A stretch of DNA of 63,169 nucleotides, the filler included, from an uncultured bacterium (GTDB taxonomy: Bacteria; CAZDME01; JAYEMH01), in the NCBI GenBank assembly GCA_964506785.1. It is 8 parts of 8 records of this genome, joined end to end, with 100 filler letters (N's around TTAATTAATTAA, not from the genome) between each part and the next. Parts side by side here need not be neighbours in the genome. Positions count along the whole stretch, not along the records: positions 56,052 to 63,169 come from CAZDME010000064.1; 7 more parts are not named here. One strand, given 5' to 3'. Position numbers and translations under genes: made by a program. Positions 59,523 through 63,169 of the stretch are shown piece after piece (positions within the stretch are counted from its first letter, which is position 1; each line of letters starts with the position of its first letter). The notes under the pieces are model-generated. The model was given only the letters and a program-made list of their open reading frames with translations. It searched no databases and was not told where the DNA came from.

Positions 59523-60275
59523 ATGTCAGTGATTAACTTGTATGTATCGTTAAAAGACCGGTGTGTCAATAAATTTTTTAAAAATAAGAAGTTTAAAATT
59601 CTTTTCGGACCGGCTAAGGGGCTAACCTGGCTCAATGACAGCCGGCCCTACCTTACCTATAACCTGGGCTTGTGGGAACATCGGAAACAATTTGCTATGA
59701 AGAAGCATGTAAGCAAAGGTATGGTTGCTTACGATGTGGGTGCTTTTCATGGATACTATAGCCTGGTCCTTTCACAGTTGGTAGGTAAAGAGGGCTTGGT
59801 TTATTCCTTCGAACCGGCCAGGGAAAACTTCGAGTTTCTAAAAGATGTTGTTGCTTTAAACAATCTGAATAATGTTCAGTTAAATCAGAAAGCGGTTGGC
59901 GGCCAGGATGGAGAAGTATATTGTAACCTTGATAAATCCAATCCTATGGCCGGGTGTATCTATGACTCCTCTGAAGAAGGATATAAGGTTGAAATTACTA
60001 CTATGAATTCTTTTGCTTTAAACGGCAAGAATAAAAAGCCAGATGTGGTAAAAATGGATATTGAGGGGTTTGAATTCGATGCCCTTAAAGCAATGGATAA
60101 AGTTATTGATTTATGCCATCCGATTTTTTTTATTGATGTACATAATGCCGAAAACCATTCCCGGTGCATAAAATTTCTGAAAGAACGCGGCTATGAAATA
60201 GAGATTTTACATGAAAGAGGGTTTGAAAACGGAGCTTTTCTAAGCGATGTATTGGCTTTTGTCAAGAAAAACTAA
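59523..60275 (+). CDS. FkbM-family methyltransferase
   Basis: YDVGAFHGYY, SFEP, KMDIEGFE. Confidence 0.92.
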   Translation: MSVINLYVSLKDRCVNKFFKNKKFKILFGPAKGLTWLNDSRPYLTYNLGLWEHRKQFAMKKHVSKGMVAYDVGAFHGYYSLVLSQLVGKEGLVYSFEPARENFEFLKDVVALNNLNNVQLNQKAVGGQDGEVYCNLDKSNPMAGCIYDSSEEGYKVEITTMNSFALNGKNKKPDVVKMDIEGFEFDALKAMDKVIDLCHPIFFIDVHNAENHSRCIKFLKERGYEIEILHERGFENGAFLSDVLAFVKKN

Positions 60276-60320
60276 AATTCTTAAAAAATTCCGAAAGTGT
60301 CCTATTGGGACTGAAAGACA

Positions 60321-61472
60321 ATGAGTAAAATAGATGTTCTGGCTTATAAATTTGACGTGGACAATACAGACTCATTTAATGAAGATATTATTGCCTACAG
60401 CCCCAATTCTATCATAGTTAACTGGAATTTGAATAAGATGTGGGTTCAATATAAACCGGATAATATCAAATTTAAAAAGATGGCGGTTAATTTCTTTAAC
60501 ATCCGAAATCAACGCGTGAGGTATTTCTTTTCGCCTTTAAGATTTATGGCGCAGTGTATCCAAATAACGAAACACTTCATTCTATTCTGCTGGAAATTCA
60601 GGCCAAAGATTTTTATTGTGGAAAACTATTTAGAAGGAATGATTGCCGGAATCATACGGAAATTTAATTTAGCCGATAAGACTATATACTTGCCAGCCGA
60701 CTGGTATGCCGGCTGCAGATATAAAAAATTGTTATCTAAATTAGCCAATAACGTAATTTTCCCTTACATTGACTATTTTGCCTGTAAACTCAACGATGTG
60801 GTAGTTGACCGCCAGGGGGGCAGGATAACCGAAAGCCGCAATAAATATTGGGGACGGGTTATACCAACCACAAAAAGACAGTTGATTCAGCCGCTTCGAA
60901 TCCAGGCAATCAATACTTGTTTAGACAAAAAAAGACCGAATATCTGTTTTATCGGAGAAATGAGGGAAGATTCGGGGTTGGATATCGCTATTAAATCCTT
61001 GGGAAAACTGCGAATGAATGGGGATTTCATCCTGAAAATTATCGGCTACAAGAGAATAGCTTATGAATACTTTATGAAATTGGCCGGGCAATATAAAGTA
61101 AGGCCCTATGTTAAATTTTTAGGTTTTGTGGAAAGGAAGGATTTCGGCGAGGTTTTGTCGGATTGTTTTTGCGGGATAAACGTTTTAACCAATATGAATA
61201 GCTATTCGACTGCCGGTTATCCGGCAAAAGTAACCTATTATTTTCAATATTTAGTGCCGGTCATCGTAAGCCAAGGTCTTGCGGAATTCGCACTCCAAAA
61301 TATCGAAGATAATGAATTAGGACTGGTGATTAAGCCTGATGAAGATAACTTTGTCGAGGCAGTATTAAAAATTTATTCCGAACAGGCCCGTTACCGGAGA
61401 AACATCATGGATTACATAAAGTCTTCGCCTAAAAGCGGCATAATAGACATTTTGAAAGACGAAAAATTATAG
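60321..61472 (+). CDS. GT-B fold glycosyltransferase
   Basis: ICFIGE...GLD, FLGFV, PAKVTYY...PVI. Confidence 0.8.
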   Translation: MSKIDVLAYKFDVDNTDSFNEDIIAYSPNSIIVNWNLNKMWVQYKPDNIKFKKMAVNFFNIRNQRVRYFFSPLRFMAQCIQITKHFILFCWKFRPKIFIVENYLEGMIAGIIRKFNLADKTIYLPADWYAGCRYKKLLSKLANNVIFPYIDYFACKLNDVVVDRQGGRITESRNKYWGRVIPTTKRQLIQPLRIQAINTCLDKKRPNICFIGEMREDSGLDIAIKSLGKLRMNGDFILKIIGYKRIAYEYFMKLAGQYKVRPYVKFLGFVERKDFGEVLSDCFCGINVLTNMNSYSTAGYPAKVTYYFQYLVPVIVSQGLAEFALQNIEDNELGLVIKPDEDNFVEAVLKIYSEQARYRRNIMDYIKSSPKSGIIDILKDEKL

Positions 61473-61481
61473 GGGAAAATC

Positions 61482-62474
61482 ATGAAAAAAATTAAAAGTG
61501 TTTTAATTACCGGTATTACCGGTTTTGTCGGCAGCCACCTGGCTGATTATATTCTTGGAAATAATCCTGAAGTTAAAATCTTAGGTTTGGTGCGCTGGAG
61601 GTCTCCTAAAGATAATATAAAGGGTGTACTTGGTAAGGTTCAGCTTTCTCACGGAGACCTATTGGACATGCCTTCTTTAAGGACAGTTTTAAGTACTTAT
61701 AGGCCGGATGTTATTTTCCATTTAGCCGCTCAGTCATATGTTGATTTTAGCTTTCGAGCCCCCATGGCGACATTAGAGGCAAATGTAATTGGGACGGCAA
61801 ATCTTTTGGAATCAGTGAAAGAGCTGAAAATAGAGAGCGGATACGATCCGGTTATCCACATTTGCTCCTCATCAGAGGTTTACGGTCAGGTCAAAGAGGA
61901 TGAGGTGCCTATAAAAGAGGATAATCCCTTTCGCCCGGCTTCTCCTTATGCGGTGAGCAAAGTGGGTGAAGATATGTTGGGGCTCCAATATTGGCTTTCT
62001 TGGAAGATAAAAACCATAAGAACAAGGATGTTTACGCATACCGGCGAACGCCGGGGTGAAGTTTTTGTGGTTTCTGCCTTTGCCAAGCAGATTGCCGCTA
62101 TTGAAGCCGGATTGGCGCCGGCAAAAGTTAAGGTAGGAAATTTAGAAAGTGTTCGGACATTTTTGGATGTAAAGGATGCGGTTAAGGCCTATTGGCTCTT
62201 GGTAAATAAATGCCAGCCGGGTGAGGTCTATAATATCGGCGGGATTGAGACAATGACCGTCGGTGAAATGTTAAATCGATTGCTCAAGTTTTCGAAAATG
62301 AAGGATATATCGGTTGAGGTTGACCCGGCCAGGTTAAGGCCTTCCGATGTAACCCTGCAGATTCCCTCCATTGATAAATTTGCCAGCTTAACCGGTTGGA
62401 AGCCGACGATTAAATTTGAAAAGACTCTGGAGGATACTTTAAATTACTGGAGGGACTATTATAGACGAATGTGA
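61482..62474 (+). CDS. GDP-mannose dehydratase/RMD-like SDR enzyme
   Basis: ITGITGFVGSHL, HLAAQS, SSSEVYG, SPYAVSK, VGNLESVR. Confidence 0.9.
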   Translation: MKKIKSVLITGITGFVGSHLADYILGNNPEVKILGLVRWRSPKDNIKGVLGKVQLSHGDLLDMPSLRTVLSTYRPDVIFHLAAQSYVDFSFRAPMATLEANVIGTANLLESVKELKIESGYDPVIHICSSSEVYGQVKEDEVPIKEDNPFRPASPYAVSKVGEDMLGLQYWLSWKIKTIRTRMFTHTGERRGEVFVVSAFAKQIAAIEAGLAPAKVKVGNLESVRTFLDVKDAVKAYWLLVNKCQPGEVYNIGGIETMTVGEMLNRLLKFSKMKDISVEVDPARLRPSDVTLQIPSIDKFASLTGWKPTIKFEKTLEDTLNYWRDYYRRM

Positions 62475-62531
62475 CCTATTTGATTATCCGAGGGTTGCAA
62501 TTTTTAAAAAGAATTAGAGAGGTAGGAAATT

Positions 62532-63169
62532 ATGGATAATTTAAACTCGAAGCTTTATAAAAGCCTTTATTTGATTAGAAAGGCCGAAGACAAAATCATC
62601 GCACATTATAATGAAGATGAGATGAAAACACCGATGCATATGTCTATGGGTGCCGAGGCGATTGCTTCAGGTGTTTGTGCTGCCTTAAAAGAAAAAGACC
62701 AGGTTTTTGGAACCTACCGGTCTCACGCCATATATCTGGCCAAAACAGGTGATATCGATAATTTTTTTGCCGAGATGTACGGTAAGGAAACCTCTCTTTT
62801 AAAAGGGAAAGGCGGTTCGATGCATCTGTGTGCTCCGGATTCTGGTTTTATGGGAACATCAGCGATTGTCGGCAGCGCCATTCCGGTTGCCGTAGGAGCG
62901 GCTTTTGCCAATAAAAGAGAGGAAAACGGCAAAAATGTTGCGGTATTTTTTGGCGACGGGGCAACTGATGAAGGTGTCTTCTGGGAAAGCTTGAATATTG
63001 CCTGTTTCATGAAATTACCCATTTTATTCATCTGCGAAGATAATGAATTGGCGGTGCATACCCCTGTTTCTCAAAGGCACGGTTATGACTCTCTTACCGA
63101 GATTGTTTCGAAATTCAACTGCCGGGTATTTAAAGAGAAAAGTACCGATGTAGAAATTATTTATAAACT
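62532..63169 (+). CDS. TPP-dependent dehydrogenase E1 alpha-like subunit, 3'-truncated (not in ORF track)
   Basis: Hand translation includes PMHMSMGAEA, TYRSH, GKGGSMH, FFGDGATDEG...ICEDN. Confidence 0.92.
   Translation, partial: MDNLNSKLYKSLYLIRKAEDKIIAHYNEDEMKTPMHMSMGAEAIASGVCAALKEKDQVFGTYRSHAIYLAKTGDIDNFFAEMYGKETSLLKGKGGSMHLCAPDSGFMGTSAIVGSAIPVAVGAAFANKREENGKNVAVFFGDGATDEGVFWESLNIACFMKLPILFICEDNELAVHTPVSQRHGYDSLTEIVSKFNCRVFKEKSTDVEIIYK

Noticed and set aside
62723-63031. 102-aa minus-strand ORF and the many other short antisense ORFs in the track
   Set aside because: They lie opposite well-supported genes (here the TPP E1-alpha gene) and show no motifs.

Overview
The window is not one locus. 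It is eight contigs of about 7-9 kb from a draft bacterial genome, joined by seven artificial 100-nt N/TTAATTAATTAA linkers, so gene neighbourhood only means something within a contig. The organism uses the standard genetic code and looks like an anaerobic fermenter (porCDAB, pta-ackA); its taxonomy cannot be fixed from the sequence. Housekeeping blocks: dnaN-dciA-gyrB, dnaX-recR, rsmD-coaD-pta-ackA-rpmF-plsX-fabH-fabD, mgtE-apbE, tRNA-Asn, and two surface-polysaccharide clusters. Most notable observations: (1) Two paralogous six-gene minor type IV pilin cassettes in which the PilX-like subunit appears split. It is a 60-aa pilin helix, plus a separately promoted signal-peptide globular protein, plus a tiny secreted peptide with a conserved EIxITRWxE motif. 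Both cassettes lie next to c-di-GMP-I riboswitches. (2) A RiPP-like operon (PqqD/RRE, radical SAM-SPASM, and an unannotated 50-aa precursor with a YxxPxI leader) behind a 1933-aa gingipain-like C25 protease. (3) A complete promoter-SD-ORF-terminator unit encoding the 15-aa peptide MAKKKKKAKKKKKKK, next to a bL37-like 27-aa ORF. (4) A tandem c-di-GMP-I riboswitch, and an atypical one with an extended P2 and two alternative 3' halves. (5) A LAGLIDADG intein at the active site of an RfbH-type sugar dehydratase. All calls come from reading motifs by eye; no database searches were run.
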